A DNA stretch of 64,000 nucleotides from a virus: the IMG/VR virus record IMGVR_UViG_3300028388_001496, positions 15,317-79,316 of that record; one strand, 5' to 3'. Below are positions 49,614-59,807 of the stretch, in pieces (position 1 is the stretch's first letter; every line of letters starts with the position of its first letter). The notes under the pieces were generated by a model, which made no database searches, had not been told where the DNA came from, and saw nothing but the letters and a program-made list of their open reading frames with translations. The position numbers were made by a program, and so were the translations under genes.

Positions 49614-50176
49614 TATAAAGTATATCTTAAATGATCAGATCCTTTCTTAACAGGAGGGTTAGTAGATACTTCACCACTTTCTTCTTCAAACTCAAGATAA
49701 GGTATTCTATCCCAATGTAACACAAATGGACGAATACCAAAAGTCTTAACAGACATAGGATCATTTTCTTTAGTCCAAGCGTTTGCTTTAGCTTCTACTT
49801 CTTTTTTACGAGCTTTGATAAGTTCTCCAACTCGGTTATAGATATTTTCTAAAGCTTCAAGATAAGGATCATCAGTATCTTCATAATCCCAAAAGCCTCT
49901 AGTAGCTAATGTAATTTTAGCACCATAAGCTTCAGCAGTTTTGCTTTTACTATCTTCTATAGCACGTTCTACAGCATCTTGAATAAATCCTTTAGCTCTA
50001 GAATTTTTATTTACTTCTTCATGAATCTTTGAGAATTTCTTTAGCATTACTCCGGCATATAGAGGATCTACTTTGCCTTCATCAATAGCTTCAATTACTT
50101 GTTTAGCGGTATCCTTGGCTGGTTTACCAAGAATACCTTTAAAAATAATACTGGGTTTATTAGTTGTTTCTGACAT
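49613..50176 (-). CDS. Hypothetical protein
   Basis: Coupled ORF with phage-like codon usage. Confidence 0.6.
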   Translation of the reverse strand: MSETTNKPSIIFKGILGKPAKDTAKQVIEAIDEGKVDPLYAGVMLKKFSKIHEEVNKNSRAKGFIQDAVERAIEDSKSKTAEAYGAKITLATRGFWDYEDTDDPYLEALENIYNRVGELIKARKKEVEAKANAWTKENDPMSVKTFGIRPFVLHWDRIPYLEFEEESGEVSTNPPVKKGSDHLRYTL

Positions 50177-50906
50177 GAGGGTTAATTTTTTTTACTCTGT
50201 TTTTTATTATTTCATTTATATCCTGTTTTTCGTATCTTAACCAGGGATTGTTTCTTAGTAATAACTTTTCTTCTAATCCCAGAGTAACTTCACGAAATAT
50301 TTTACAAGCGTGAGTTATACGTTTAAACAGTAGTTCGTAGTTAAAGGTCATTTCTCCAATTCGTATTTCAGCAGTTCTGAATCCACGTTGAAGACGCACC
50401 CAACCCATTCCAGTACTTACAGCACGACGATTATATGAACCTTTGTAATTCCATTTTTCAAGTTCAGATAATATATGTTCTTGCAGTTTTTGTTCTTTAT
50501 CATTTTCAAGTACTTTGACAAAATCATCATAATAATCGTCAAGACCTATATGGTAATGTATTCCACTACCAAAATTCAAAAGACTGTACTTACATAAACC
50601 TTGGGATAATCTATAAAGAGCTTGTAGCCCTTCAAGACCTTTTACAATACGATAGCGTTGTTCACTTCGGTCCACGTTTACTTCTACCATTCCAGGGATT
50701 TCTTCAAACCACCTTACGTTGTAATCTGGACCCATATCACATTCAAACTCCATCCCCACCCCAAAAGGTAGGAGGTAATCTCCTACCTGTCTGGTTTCGG
50801 GGGTACTCTCTACTGCTAATGGTAGAGTAGCTAGAAGCTTGGATAGATTAATACTCTCCTGATCTCCTTTTTGGAGAAGCTTTGGCAACTGTGTATCCAT
50901 TGTCAA
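50160..50906 (-). CDS. Putative amidoligase (COOH-NH2 ligase family)
   Basis: GVGMEFE, SGIHYH, TAEIR motifs. Confidence 0.65.
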   Translation of the reverse strand: MTMDTQLPKLLQKGDQESINLSKLLATLPLAVESTPETRQVGDYLLPFGVGMEFECDMGPDYNVRWFEEIPGMVEVNVDRSEQRYRIVKGLEGLQALYRLSQGLCKYSLLNFGSGIHYHIGLDDYYDDFVKVLENDKEQKLQEHILSELEKWNYKGSYNRRAVSTGMGWVRLQRGFRTAEIRIGEMTFNYELLFKRITHACKIFREVTLGLEEKLLLRNNPWLRYEKQDINEIIKNRVKKINPHVRNN

Positions 50907-51249
50907 TTAAGAGTTTTTGAGCAGCAGCAATTTCCATATTAGTAGCAACTCTATCAGCAAAATTAGGAGCAGGTTTACCCTTCTTTACTTCCTTAACTTT
51001 AGTACGAGTTTCTGCTTTCTTCTTTTCAGTAGTAGCTTTATCAGCAGTCATAAGACTAATAATTTCTTTTAGCCTTTTTTTACTATTACGCTTATTATAA
51101 GCTTCTACTTCATTAAGAATGTGTTCTCTGTCTTTCTTATTCTTAAAGGCCCTGGAATACTTATCCCGGCCAATAGTAATGATAACATTACGACCAATTT
51201 GACGTCCTTTAATTTGTTCCTGTTTCGTTTTAGTTGTTCCCATTTTCAT
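50848..51249 (-). CDS. Basic hypothetical protein
   Basis: Lys-rich 133-aa ORF immediately after rIIA. Confidence 0.6.
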   Translation of the reverse strand: MKMGTTKTKQEQIKGRQIGRNVIITIGRDKYSRAFKNKKDREHILNEVEAYNKRNSKKRLKEIISLMTADKATTEKKKAETRTKVKEVKKGKPAPNFADRVATNMEIAAAQKLLIDNGYTVAKASPKRRSGEY

Positions 51250-53461
51250 TTGTTTTAGGGGTTAATAATAAAGATGAATGATAATATTTATTATCGAGTT
51301 TAAGACACTTCATAGTAGATAAGAATCTCTGTGTTACCTCCAAAGGGGCACTATCATTGATCCATTTTGCATCTTTAATACGCTCGATAAACATCATTAA
51401 AGGTACAAAAAGATGTTCGTTATATAACATCTTATCAAAAGTGTTAGGATAAATCTCACTAAGTTCTTTATTAAAGTATTCAGGAAGATTTATATGATAA
51501 GTCTTAGTAAATTCTTTTGTAGTAGTAGGAATCTCATAATAAGTAGCTGCATAACTATAACTTAGATATGTTTTAGCTAAAGTATCCCACATATTACTAT
51601 AATAAGTACTATACTTTTTAATAAGAGATCTATGTTCTTTAATATTTCTACTAAAAGCATCATATAGCCTTAATCTACAAAAGTAGTTATGTAAACTCTT
51701 TACTTTAAAAATAGATTTAGCGTGATAACATTTATCTTTCTTAATAAGTTTAGATAAAGTTGTAGGAGTAACAATTAAAAGCTTAAATCTTTTATTGTAA
51801 GGAGCATTTTCAAGTAACGTGTGATAAGCCATTGTACGTTCTTTATCTTCCTTTTTATCAATAAGAAATATAGCTTTATATTTATCAATTAGATCACCAT
51901 ATTTAGTCTTATGCATACTATTGTAATAATCATAATATGTAATAAGTTCTTTACGTTCTAATCTAATTCTCTTTTGTTCAGCCTTATATTCTTCTATCCA
52001 TTCTTCGTCAGCATATCCATCAAGAAGATGTACATGACTACGATTTTTAATAGATTCATTTAAAGCTTTATTCCATTCGTAGACAGCTTTAACAGAGCCG
52101 TCTTTAAGAATATATCTTCTAGTAGGAGTACCCCAACTAGGAGCATCACGATTCCTTTCAGCATAACCTAATGCATAAGCCAGCTCATAAAAATCATTTT
52201 TATTAAGCTTCTTTTTCTTTATAAGATTACCATGCCCTGCTGCTAAAAGATCATACTTACTAGGTCTATCTTTTTCAGTATAATACATACGAGATTTATT
52301 AGCAAGAGCATATGCTAAATCCTGATAACGTCTATATGTTCTAATTGTTTCATTAGAAAATTCCACTACATCATAAACATTTACAAGAACATCATAAAGA
52401 TTTCTCTTAGGTAGTTTAAGATTTAATGGAGTATAGGTAGGTTTAGCATTAGATAATCTAACCTGAAGATCAATATCTCCTATACTAAGAACATGAAAGT
52501 CATTACCTTTTCTATTCATTGTTACAAATTCAACAGGATCATCTGTTTTTAATCCTTCTTCATATAAAGAATCAAAATATTCTGTTGCTTTTGTTATCCT
52601 CTCAATAAGGTATTCCTTTACATCTTCAGTATAATTAATACTTTCTCTACTTAAAGTAACATCTAATTCTTCAAATGTACATTTAAGAGCTACAGGAACT
52701 GCATAAGGTTCAAGTTCTAAAGTACGCCAGTTAATAGGATATGGTACACCGTTAATAGACAAGTGCATCACATCAAAGGGACGTTCTTTATCCTTTAATA
52801 AAAAATCACCAGCATCATAGATAGTGTACTCATTATCAAAGTAATAATTCTCATCTTGGACATAAATATCTGTAAAATAAGATAATTGTTGATGACAAGC
52901 TTTATTAACAGCAAGAAGATCTTCAGGTTTAAGTTCTACTATTACAGTAGTTCCACTATGTTCTAAAGTGTCTTCTTCAACAAGTAATTCAGCTTTAAGA
53001 TTAGTATCAGAGTTATCAAGTAAATAATGATACTTAACACCATCATGAATAGTTATAAGTTCAAAAAACTCTTGATAAGCAAGAGGAGATTTAGATCCAA
53101 TTCCCCATCCACCAATCTTATCATTAGAATCTCTTTTATCTGAAGCAAAGATATTCATATAAATCTGTTTAAATCTATCAGGACTTATACCTGTACCCTG
53201 ATCTTTAAAAGAAATATAAGGAGTATCATCTTCATTGTAAATATGAATTACTACAGGATGATTATGACCTGCTTCGTAATTAGCATCTACAGCATTAGCA
53301 GTAATTTCTCGGATAAATGAACCTATAGGATTAGAGTATAGATTCTTAGAAACCATTGTAAAAGCAAGTCCGAGATCGTCTTGTCTTATACCGGCTTGAA
53401 TAGTATCATCAAACCCATCGCCAATGGTTTTACGTTCAATTTTTGCGTGTTTAATCTTCAT
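51230..53461 (-). CDS. rIIA: rIIA-like protein with GHKL ATPase domain
   Basis: LYSNPIGSFIREITANAVDA, D.G.G, GGWGIGSKSPLAY, SRE; start moved to MKIKHAK. Confidence 0.85.
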   Translation of the reverse strand: MKIKHAKIERKTIGDGFDDTIQAGIRQDDLGLAFTMVSKNLYSNPIGSFIREITANAVDANYEAGHNHPVVIHIYNEDDTPYISFKDQGTGISPDRFKQIYMNIFASDKRDSNDKIGGWGIGSKSPLAYQEFFELITIHDGVKYHYLLDNSDTNLKAELLVEEDTLEHSGTTVIVELKPEDLLAVNKACHQQLSYFTDIYVQDENYYFDNEYTIYDAGDFLLKDKERPFDVMHLSINGVPYPINWRTLELEPYAVPVALKCTFEELDVTLSRESINYTEDVKEYLIERITKATEYFDSLYEEGLKTDDPVEFVTMNRKGNDFHVLSIGDIDLQVRLSNAKPTYTPLNLKLPKRNLYDVLVNVYDVVEFSNETIRTYRRYQDLAYALANKSRMYYTEKDRPSKYDLLAAGHGNLIKKKKLNKNDFYELAYALGYAERNRDAPSWGTPTRRYILKDGSVKAVYEWNKALNESIKNRSHVHLLDGYADEEWIEEYKAEQKRIRLERKELITYYDYYNSMHKTKYGDLIDKYKAIFLIDKKEDKERTMAYHTLLENAPYNKRFKLLIVTPTTLSKLIKKDKCYHAKSIFKVKSLHNYFCRLRLYDAFSRNIKEHRSLIKKYSTYYSNMWDTLAKTYLSYSYAATYYEIPTTTKEFTKTYHINLPEYFNKELSEIYPNTFDKMLYNEHLFVPLMMFIERIKDAKWINDSAPLEVTQRFLSTMKCLKLDNKYYHSSLLLTPKTNENGNN

Positions 53462-53496
53462 TTGTTTATGTTTATTTGTTGTTTCTATGATATAGA

Positions 53497-53572
53497 AAAG
53501 CCCCCTAATACGTTCATCCACTAAACAACTCTTAACCAATCATGGGAAAAAAGATGAACGCTCAGAGGGCTT
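53497..53572 (-). promoter_or_regulatory. Structured intergenic RNA element/terminator upstream of rIIA
   Basis: Nested inverted repeats aagccc/gggctt and cgttcatc/gatgaacg with a short T run on the - strand. Confidence 0.5.
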
Positions 53573-53662
53573 AAAAACCCTATTACTATTAGGCAATAGT
53601 AAGTTACAAAAAATCGAAAACATTATTCTGGAATACAGACAGAATCGTTTTCTTATTAGTTT

Positions 53663-54919
53663 CTACTCATAATCCCTTATATGCATATCTATAATGTGAA
53701 ATGGTAGTCTATCTGCTGTCCATTCATAGAACACTAGAGTTAGATCATGACCAATCATATCATTTTTAAATTTCAAAACATTACGCTTATAATCATCAGT
53801 TCCTTTAGGATTAACAGCAAATGTTTTTCCTTTCTCATTTATACATATAAAGTTTCCTTTAGTAGGGTCTTTATCTTGAGGTAGTACATTTGTAATTTTA
53901 AATTCCTCAGATATAGTTCTTTTTAGTTTAGTCATAGTCATAGGACGACCACCAAACTTATACTGAGCATTAAAATCTCTAAATATTGCACCCTCATATC
54001 CTTGTCCTATAAATTTATCAGTAAGTTCTTGAGCTAATTTGTCATTAGGAACTTTAATAGATCGGATAAGTTCTATAGGACTAGAAAGATCAGAAAAATG
54101 TTGAGTATGTATAGACTTTAAAGTTTGCCACCTTTCAAGTTGTATCATGTTTGCTATTGCAAGATCAAATACTACATAAACAACTCGTTGAGTTGTAAGT
54201 GATATCTTCTTAACAGCAGAAGCTATTTCTTGTAAAGGTTCACCATGTATATAAAGTTCACCATCCAGTACAACGTCTTCACCATTCCAGACAAAAACAT
54301 CTGATTTCTGTCGTAGGTAGTCCAGAATATGAGGTATTTCATATTCCTTTCCCTCCTTTGACAATATTTTCGGCTCGCCGTTAAAAAGAGAGATTGTAGC
54401 TCGCACCCCGTTTATCTTGGGTTGAGCCATGACGGGAAACTTAGAAATAATAGACTTAGGTTCCTTTTTTACATGAGGATTTTGCATATAATAATACTTA
54501 CGATCATCATATACAGTACCATCAGGAGCAGTCCAATCTTTCTTTGATCTATAATACTGTTGGGCTTTCATAGGTTTAATTCGACCTTGAGCATCAGTAC
54601 GATACTGAGGAAGAGTATTATCTAACTCATCTATCGTACTAATACCAAGATCTTCCATAGACTTATAACCCTTGTCTTTCTTGCGTTTAATAGCACTTTC
54701 AACCTTAGATATAGCCTGTTCAAACGGAGTAGTTTCATTTGCTTTTCCGATGTTTTTTCCTTGAACATTACGTTCCCAGGTAATCGCTCTCTTACCGTCT
54801 AAAAGACCATAAGATTTACAAATATCTACTTGTGCTCCAGTATTAACTACTTTAGCAGTCCAAACAACTATATTACCTTTACTATCTCTAGAATAGATAG
54901 GTTTAAACTCCTTTCTCAT
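53663..54919 (-). CDS. ATP-dependent DNA ligase
   Basis: QPKINGVR (motif I), LDGELY, FD, GYEGAIFR, KLK; WGR-like N-terminus; start probably MRKEF. Confidence 0.92.
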   Translation of the reverse strand: MRKEFKPIYSRDSKGNIVVWTAKVVNTGAQVDICKSYGLLDGKRAITWERNVQGKNIGKANETTPFEQAISKVESAIKRKKDKGYKSMEDLGISTIDELDNTLPQYRTDAQGRIKPMKAQQYYRSKKDWTAPDGTVYDDRKYYYMQNPHVKKEPKSIISKFPVMAQPKINGVRATISLFNGEPKILSKEGKEYEIPHILDYLRQKSDVFVWNGEDVVLDGELYIHGEPLQEIASAVKKISLTTQRVVYVVFDLAIANMIQLERWQTLKSIHTQHFSDLSSPIELIRSIKVPNDKLAQELTDKFIGQGYEGAIFRDFNAQYKFGGRPMTMTKLKRTISEEFKITNVLPQDKDPTKGNFICINEKGKTFAVNPKGTDDYKRNVLKFKNDMIGHDLTLVFYEWTADRLPFHIIDMHIRDYE

Positions 54920-55085
54920 GTTCATCTGTTTTAGGTAATATATCAGCATTAACTTCCATATCATGAATCATATTAAGAAGTTTTTGAGCTTCATCTGAAC
55001 TTATTATAACATTAGGTTTATTGTCTATAATAGCTTGAAGCTTTTCAGTTATACACATTGGCCTTATCTCCATTATATTTTTCAT
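54903..55085 (-). CDS. Small hypothetical protein
   Basis: Fills the gap between genes; start probably MKNIMEIR. Confidence 0.5.
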   Translation of the reverse strand: MKNIMEIRPMCITEKLQAIIDNKPNVIISSDEAQKLLNMIHDMEVNADILPKTDEHEKGV

Positions 55086-55087
55086 TG

Positions 55088-55972
55088 TTATAAATTTAAG
55101 ATTGGTTCCCATATAGCTCTTTTATCAGCGTATATAGAAAAGATTATTTTATGTTTTTCACCTTCATCAATAGGAGTAAAAAAACTTCCATCACCTATAA
55201 CGTGAAGTCGATCATCATCTTCTATAATAGGAGGTATTTTATGTTTAGTTTTATCATAACCCTCTACTAAAAAGTCAGTAAAAGTTTTAAGATAAGGATA
55301 AGCTAGGTTAGAAACGTCCCAACGACGACCATGACCTTCCTTAGTTTTATCATTAAACTTTTTAACAGTATCTTGTATTTCTACAGTAATCCAAATAGGA
55401 TAATTTTGAGCAACTATCTTACGCATCTTTTCGATCATATTCCAATCAATAGTAAGAAACTTTTGATAGTACATTTCTTTAAGATCATCCACCATTTTGT
55501 TTCTTTGGAATGGATTATAGATACCACTATACAAACCTTGACCACTAACTACAAGAGTTTTAGAAGTACCAACTTGAGTAGGATTAGCTATAATTCTTTC
55601 TCCAGTATCACCATCAACAAGAAAATATTTAGTCTTTCTTTTCTTTTGTTTTTCAGTAAGTGGTGCAAAATGAGTTTCGTATATAGTCGGTTCTACATAA
55701 GACAATATTGAAAACGCTTTAGAACCTTTAAATCCCCATATCTCATATCCATCTCTGAGATGAGCAGGTGTTATATTACCATCATTAAGGGCAATAGCTT
55801 TTTCAGATCCCTTTTTTAAAAGTTTCTTCCAAACTTTCTTACCCTTAGCTCTAATAGTAGTACCATCCCAATAAAAGTATTTAGGATTCTGTTTCTTAGA
55901 TACCTCAATTTCTCTGGTATATTCTTCGATAGTTATCCCTATCAACTTTTGTAAATTTTCTAACATTGTCAT
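55088..55972 (-). CDS. RusA-like Holliday junction resolvase
   Basis: WDVSN....K.F.D.L.....IEDDD pattern in the C-terminal half. Confidence 0.6.
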   Translation of the reverse strand: MTMLENLQKLIGITIEEYTREIEVSKKQNPKYFYWDGTTIRAKGKKVWKKLLKKGSEKAIALNDGNITPAHLRDGYEIWGFKGSKAFSILSYVEPTIYETHFAPLTEKQKKRKTKYFLVDGDTGERIIANPTQVGTSKTLVVSGQGLYSGIYNPFQRNKMVDDLKEMYYQKFLTIDWNMIEKMRKIVAQNYPIWITVEIQDTVKKFNDKTKEGHGRRWDVSNLAYPYLKTFTDFLVEGYDKTKHKIPPIIEDDDRLHVIGDGSFFTPIDEGEKHKIIFSIYADKRAIWEPILNL

Positions 55973-56399
55973 AATTTTTATCTGGAGTATCGTACCAAAT
56001 GATTATATATTTAGGATGCCCAAGAGCCATCATTAGTGTTGTCCATGATCCTCTATGATCTGGACAAACATTAATAAGCCAAGCATTATCTTTTTGCTTT
56101 TCTATACTTTTTGTATAATCTCTGTAATGTGTTTGACGATAACCGCCAGTACTAGCTTCAAAGCTATCGAGATATTTAGTAACTCTAGTACTAATAAACA
56201 TACCTGATCTACTTTTATCAGGTACGCCTACTACAGTATGATTATTACAATTAATACCAAGCTTTTGACTTAGTTCAGCAAGAGTCCCTCTTTGAGAAGC
56301 TTCTTCAATTTGTTGATAGATTTTCTCAGTAAGAGCAGTAATATAATAGTTAACATTTGTTTCTTCTTCTTTTCCAGTACTTAGGAATATTGTTTTCAT
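55905..56399 (-). CDS. Hypothetical protein
   Basis: ATGA overlap with primase. Confidence 0.55.
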   Translation of the reverse strand: MKTIFLSTGKEEETNVNYYITALTEKIYQQIEEASQRGTLAELSQKLGINCNNHTVVGVPDKSRSGMFISTRVTKYLDSFEASTGGYRQTHYRDYTKSIEKQKDNAWLINVCPDHRGSWTTLMMALGHPKYIIIWYDTPDKNYDNVRKFTKVDRDNYRRIYQRN

Positions 56400-57345
56400 G
56401 TTATGAAATTTAGTTGTTTATATAATTGTTTATCTTGATCTCTAAATAGATATTCATATTTAGAGTAAATATTATCTATATGATTTTTATAATGACCAAC
56501 TCCTCTAAGTTTTACAAAATCACTTACATCTTTAGCTCCATAATCATGTGTACCAAAGCGTCCATTAGTAAAGAAAAACGGATCAATACGATATTGCTTT
56601 CTCATTTTATTGGCAGCGGAGACCCCAGCAGAATCGAAATCCATACAGCTTATAATATAATCAAACTGCATTTTTAACCACTCATATTGCTTGGAAGTTA
56701 TTAAAACGGACTCAGCGGGCGGTGCAATCGCCTGTAAACCAATAGATTTGAACGTAAGCACATCTTTCATAGATTTAGTTATTATACAAAATCTACCAGG
56801 AGTTATCATATGAGCACCTTCAAGAAAAGTTTTATTAAGATGAAAACCAGGTTCTCCTTTACTTTTACGTATAGGATAATATATTTTCCATCTATCTATT
56901 CCTTCTTTAGTTTTGCCTCCATAATAACAATAAGCTGGATCAGTGTAATGGTATTTGTAAATACTTATAAAAGGAAGGTTGTTTTTAGATACATATATTT
57001 CTTCAGCAAAATATACATGACCATAAGAAAGTAATTTCTTATTTATATTAAATTGTTTCCAGTATTTTTCATCATTATAGTTAAACTCACGAAATCTAAT
57101 TCTAAATTGAGTAGTAGCTTTTCTTCTTTTCTCAAAATATTCCTTAGTTACTCTTTCATATTTAGCTATTTCATTCTCATTTTCATATCTATGAATACGA
57201 AAATCTTTAGCAATAGTTTCCATAATGAAACCAAAGCCATATTTATCTTTACTGTCAACACCAAGTCTATATGCAACATTTGTTCTTGGTTGATACGTTC
57301 CAGAATATAATCTTTAGTAAGTTTAGGATATACTCCGAAAGCCAT
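56396..57345 (-). CDS. DNA primase (TOPRIM), apparently frameshifted near 57277
   Basis: IITKSMKDV, DFD.AG, KD.SDF; primase-like N-terminus MAFGVYPKLTKDYILERINQEQM starts at 57345 in a different frame. Confidence 0.8.
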
Positions 57346-57358
57346 AAGAACAGGATAT

Positions 57359-57389
57359 TAAAAAAGGGGTAACGTGAATTACCCCTTTT
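57359..57389 (-). terminator. Intrinsic terminator
   Basis: aaaaggggtaa-cgtgaa-ttacccctttt with A7 on + (U-tract on -). Confidence 0.8.
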
Positions 57390-57405
57390 AGTTAAACAAA
57401 AACCT

Positions 57406-58161
57406 CTAATCGTAAGTTTGATCGAAGTCTGGCATTTCACCACCACTAGGTACACCGCCAGCAAGACCAGCAGGACCTCCTTGAGAAACATCACTAGTAA
57501 CCTTATCATATTTAAGATTAACAGTAAGTATCTTATTAACAGGTCCGCGTTCTACGAAATTAGGTGAGTAAGGGAATCCTAGATTACCTTTATAGTAAAC
57601 CAACTTAACAAAAAGCGGGTTGATACTATATACTTTCTTTCCTTCGTGTTCCCTCGAATTAAAAGCATCAGCAATCATATTAAAATACTCAGTCCAGTTA
57701 GAAGCACCAATACCAATACCACTAGAAGGAAACTCACCAACAGCTTGTTCCCAAATGTGTTTGATACGACTATTAGATGCATCAAGTTTATTCTTAAACT
57801 TAGCATCATCAGAATCAATCTTCCACTCTGTATGAGTATATTGTTTCCCATCACTTGTTTTAAATACAAATTGAAGTACGGGAACAGTTGAACCATCTTT
57901 CTTCTCCAGTTCTGGATTACAAACTACATTAACAAGACGAGCAACAGGAAAATGCCAGCCACTTGTGTATTGTTGTGTAGGTTTCTCCAGCTTATGAGGA
58001 GCAGGAATAGGTACTAAATTGGAGGATTTAGTTTCAGTAGTAATACCAAACATTCCTCCAGATTGGGGATTAGCTTGCTTTGGAGCCTCTTTATTAGTAA
58101 CAGGTTCTTCAGCAAAGCTAGGTGTAGCACCTGATTTTTCAGGTGTTAAATCATCAGACAT
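57406..58161 (-). CDS. Putative single-stranded DNA-binding protein
   Basis: OB-like beta-rich core, Gly-rich linker, acidic/aromatic tail MPDFDQTYD; lies among replication genes. Confidence 0.5.
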   Translation of the reverse strand: MSDDLTPEKSGATPSFAEEPVTNKEAPKQANPQSGGMFGITTETKSSNLVPIPAPHKLEKPTQQYTSGWHFPVARLVNVVCNPELEKKDGSTVPVLQFVFKTSDGKQYTHTEWKIDSDDAKFKNKLDASNSRIKHIWEQAVGEFPSSGIGIGASNWTEYFNMIADAFNSREHEGKKVYSINPLFVKLVYYKGNLGFPYSPNFVERGPVNKILTVNLKYDKVTSDVSQGGPAGLAGGVPSGGEMPDFDQTYD

Positions 58162-58236
58162 ATGTACATGATTTTAGAAGGGTTAATAATCAGTTAAAGC
58201 ATAAGTGTTAAAAGTAGATAGGGATAAAGATAAAAA

Positions 58237-58271
58237 AGGCTATCACCAGTTTCCCGATGATAGCCTAATTT
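58237..58271 (-). terminator. Probable terminator
   Basis: aggctatca...tgatagcct stem with A run on + side. Confidence 0.55.
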
Positions 58272-58275
58272 TGAT

Positions 58276-58773
58276 TTACAGATCTTCAAGGCTGTCTCCA
58301 GCTTCATCAGAAGGAACTGCCTGGGGTTCAGGCATATTAGCAGCTTCGTTAGAAGAAGAACTGCGTTGCTGTTTGGGAACTTTACGATCTTCAACAAGAG
58401 GATAGTAAGTAATAGTTCCTTCAGCTCCAGGAACCTCAACTTCTTCACCATTCTCTTTGTCAATTACGAAGTGAATGTTGTGATCAGCATCACCCATTTT
58501 ACTCCATGCAGCAGCGGCAGAAAGAGTCAAGTAAGATCCAGACTTTCCAAGTTTAGATCCATTTACATTGTCTCCGTCGTCAAAACCTTTGCCAGCAAAG
58601 AATTTTCCAGGTTCAGCAGGATGCTCTGCAATGTCTACTCGATCACCTTCAGTAACTCCGAGAACACTTGCAGCCTCATCGCTTACTTTAAAGGCTCCAG
58701 AAGTAGGAGCAGCAATAATTTCACATCCTTGATCTTTCACTGGTCGCACGTTAGTCAAACTTTTTAAACGCAT
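58276..58773 (-). CDS. Hypothetical protein with acidic tail (possible nucleic-acid binding)
   Basis: Biased, highly expressed-type codons; AA..LGV.EGDRV AbrB-like pattern; acidic C-terminus. Confidence 0.55.
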   Translation of the reverse strand: MRLKSLTNVRPVKDQGCEIIAAPTSGAFKVSDEAASVLGVTEGDRVDIAEHPAEPGKFFAGKGFDDGDNVNGSKLGKSGSYLTLSAAAAWSKMGDADHNIHFVIDKENGEEVEVPGAEGTITYYPLVEDRKVPKQQRSSSSNEAANMPEPQAVPSDEAGDSLEDL

Positions 58774-58849
58774 AATAATAAATAATTAAGGGTTAATAAA
58801 TAATTAATAATTAATGAATAAAAATAGATAAGTAGGTTAGTAGTTAGAT

Positions 58850-59701
58850 TTAAGCTTCTTCGTAAGGAATTTCTTCAATCACTTCCTCACCTCTGTCGTT
58901 TATATATGAATTAGCTCCGAGTTCATCAGGACTCATAAGTCCAGAGATAACATCATCACCAATCTCTCTAGCTCCATTATTAAAAGCTCTGGCATCAAGC
59001 ATCCTTCTCCAATAGGCTTTCCAATTATGCTTATCAAGAAGATTAGCTTCGCCTGCTTCCATAGTACTAAAACTACCTTCGGCTGTCATTTCTTTCCAGG
59101 TACCATCCGGACGTTTAATCAAACGATTAAATTTATAAGTAGTTCTGTATCCAGCAAGAGCCTTGCCTGTATTGTCTGGTTGTTCCTCAATAGTTCCTTG
59201 TTTAACTATTATAGGTTTACCACTACTCATTACAACTTTGCCTTGTTTATCTTTCTTAGCAAAGTTATAAATCTCTACAGCGTTTTCTACTTTCTCAAAT
59301 GTAATTCCAGCTTTAATAATTAAAGCACGAATTAAATGAGTACCTAGACTAGGCTTACCCTCTATGGGATAAATCTGAGAAATAGATGTTACAAAAGGGA
59401 GTCCAAGTTCTCTACCAGTCATCATAGCTAAAGCTACGTCTTCTGGTGTTTTTAAAGGACAAAGTTTACTGTTAGCAATAGCTTCCCCTAATGCAAGCAT
59501 CCTAGCTGGAGTACTAAAATCACTATAATCAAGAGCTTTTAATTCAGCAGTCGAAAGACTTTTTGAGGGTAAATTTTTAGAAACAGAAGGAGAAGCTTTT
59601 GAGGTATCAGGAGCTTCCTGAACGCCCTTAACTTCTCCCTTGTTTACTTCCCCTTCTTTTAAATCACTTTGTACTGTCTTTTGAGTTTTCTTCTCTGACA
59701 T
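58850..59701 (-). CDS. RecT/Redbeta-like ssDNA annealing protein
   Basis: GRELGL....I..IEGKP, A..A.L....NW..Y.RRML.ARA....AR....D...G. Confidence 0.75.
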   Translation of the reverse strand: MSEKKTQKTVQSDLKEGEVNKGEVKGVQEAPDTSKASPSVSKNLPSKSLSTAELKALDYSDFSTPARMLALGEAIANSKLCPLKTPEDVALAMMTGRELGLPFVTSISQIYPIEGKPSLGTHLIRALIIKAGITFEKVENAVEIYNFAKKDKQGKVVMSSGKPIIVKQGTIEEQPDNTGKALAGYRTTYKFNRLIKRPDGTWKEMTAEGSFSTMEAGEANLLDKHNWKAYWRRMLDARAFNNGAREIGDDVISGLMSPDELGANSYINDRGEEVIEEIPYEEA

Positions 59702-59761
59702 TGTGAAATTTGTTATTAGTTATACGATTCGTTTCGTATTGCCATCTCTAATAACACATTA

Positions 59762-59791
59762 CAAATATATAAAATGTAACTAGATATGCAA
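59762..59791 (-). promoter_or_regulatory. Bacteroidota sigma-A promoter
   Basis: On - strand TTG-N19-TATATTTG, exact -33/-7 consensus, upstream of the RecT-like gene. Confidence 0.8.
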
Positions 59792-59807
59792 CACTTTTTA
59801 GCAAAAA

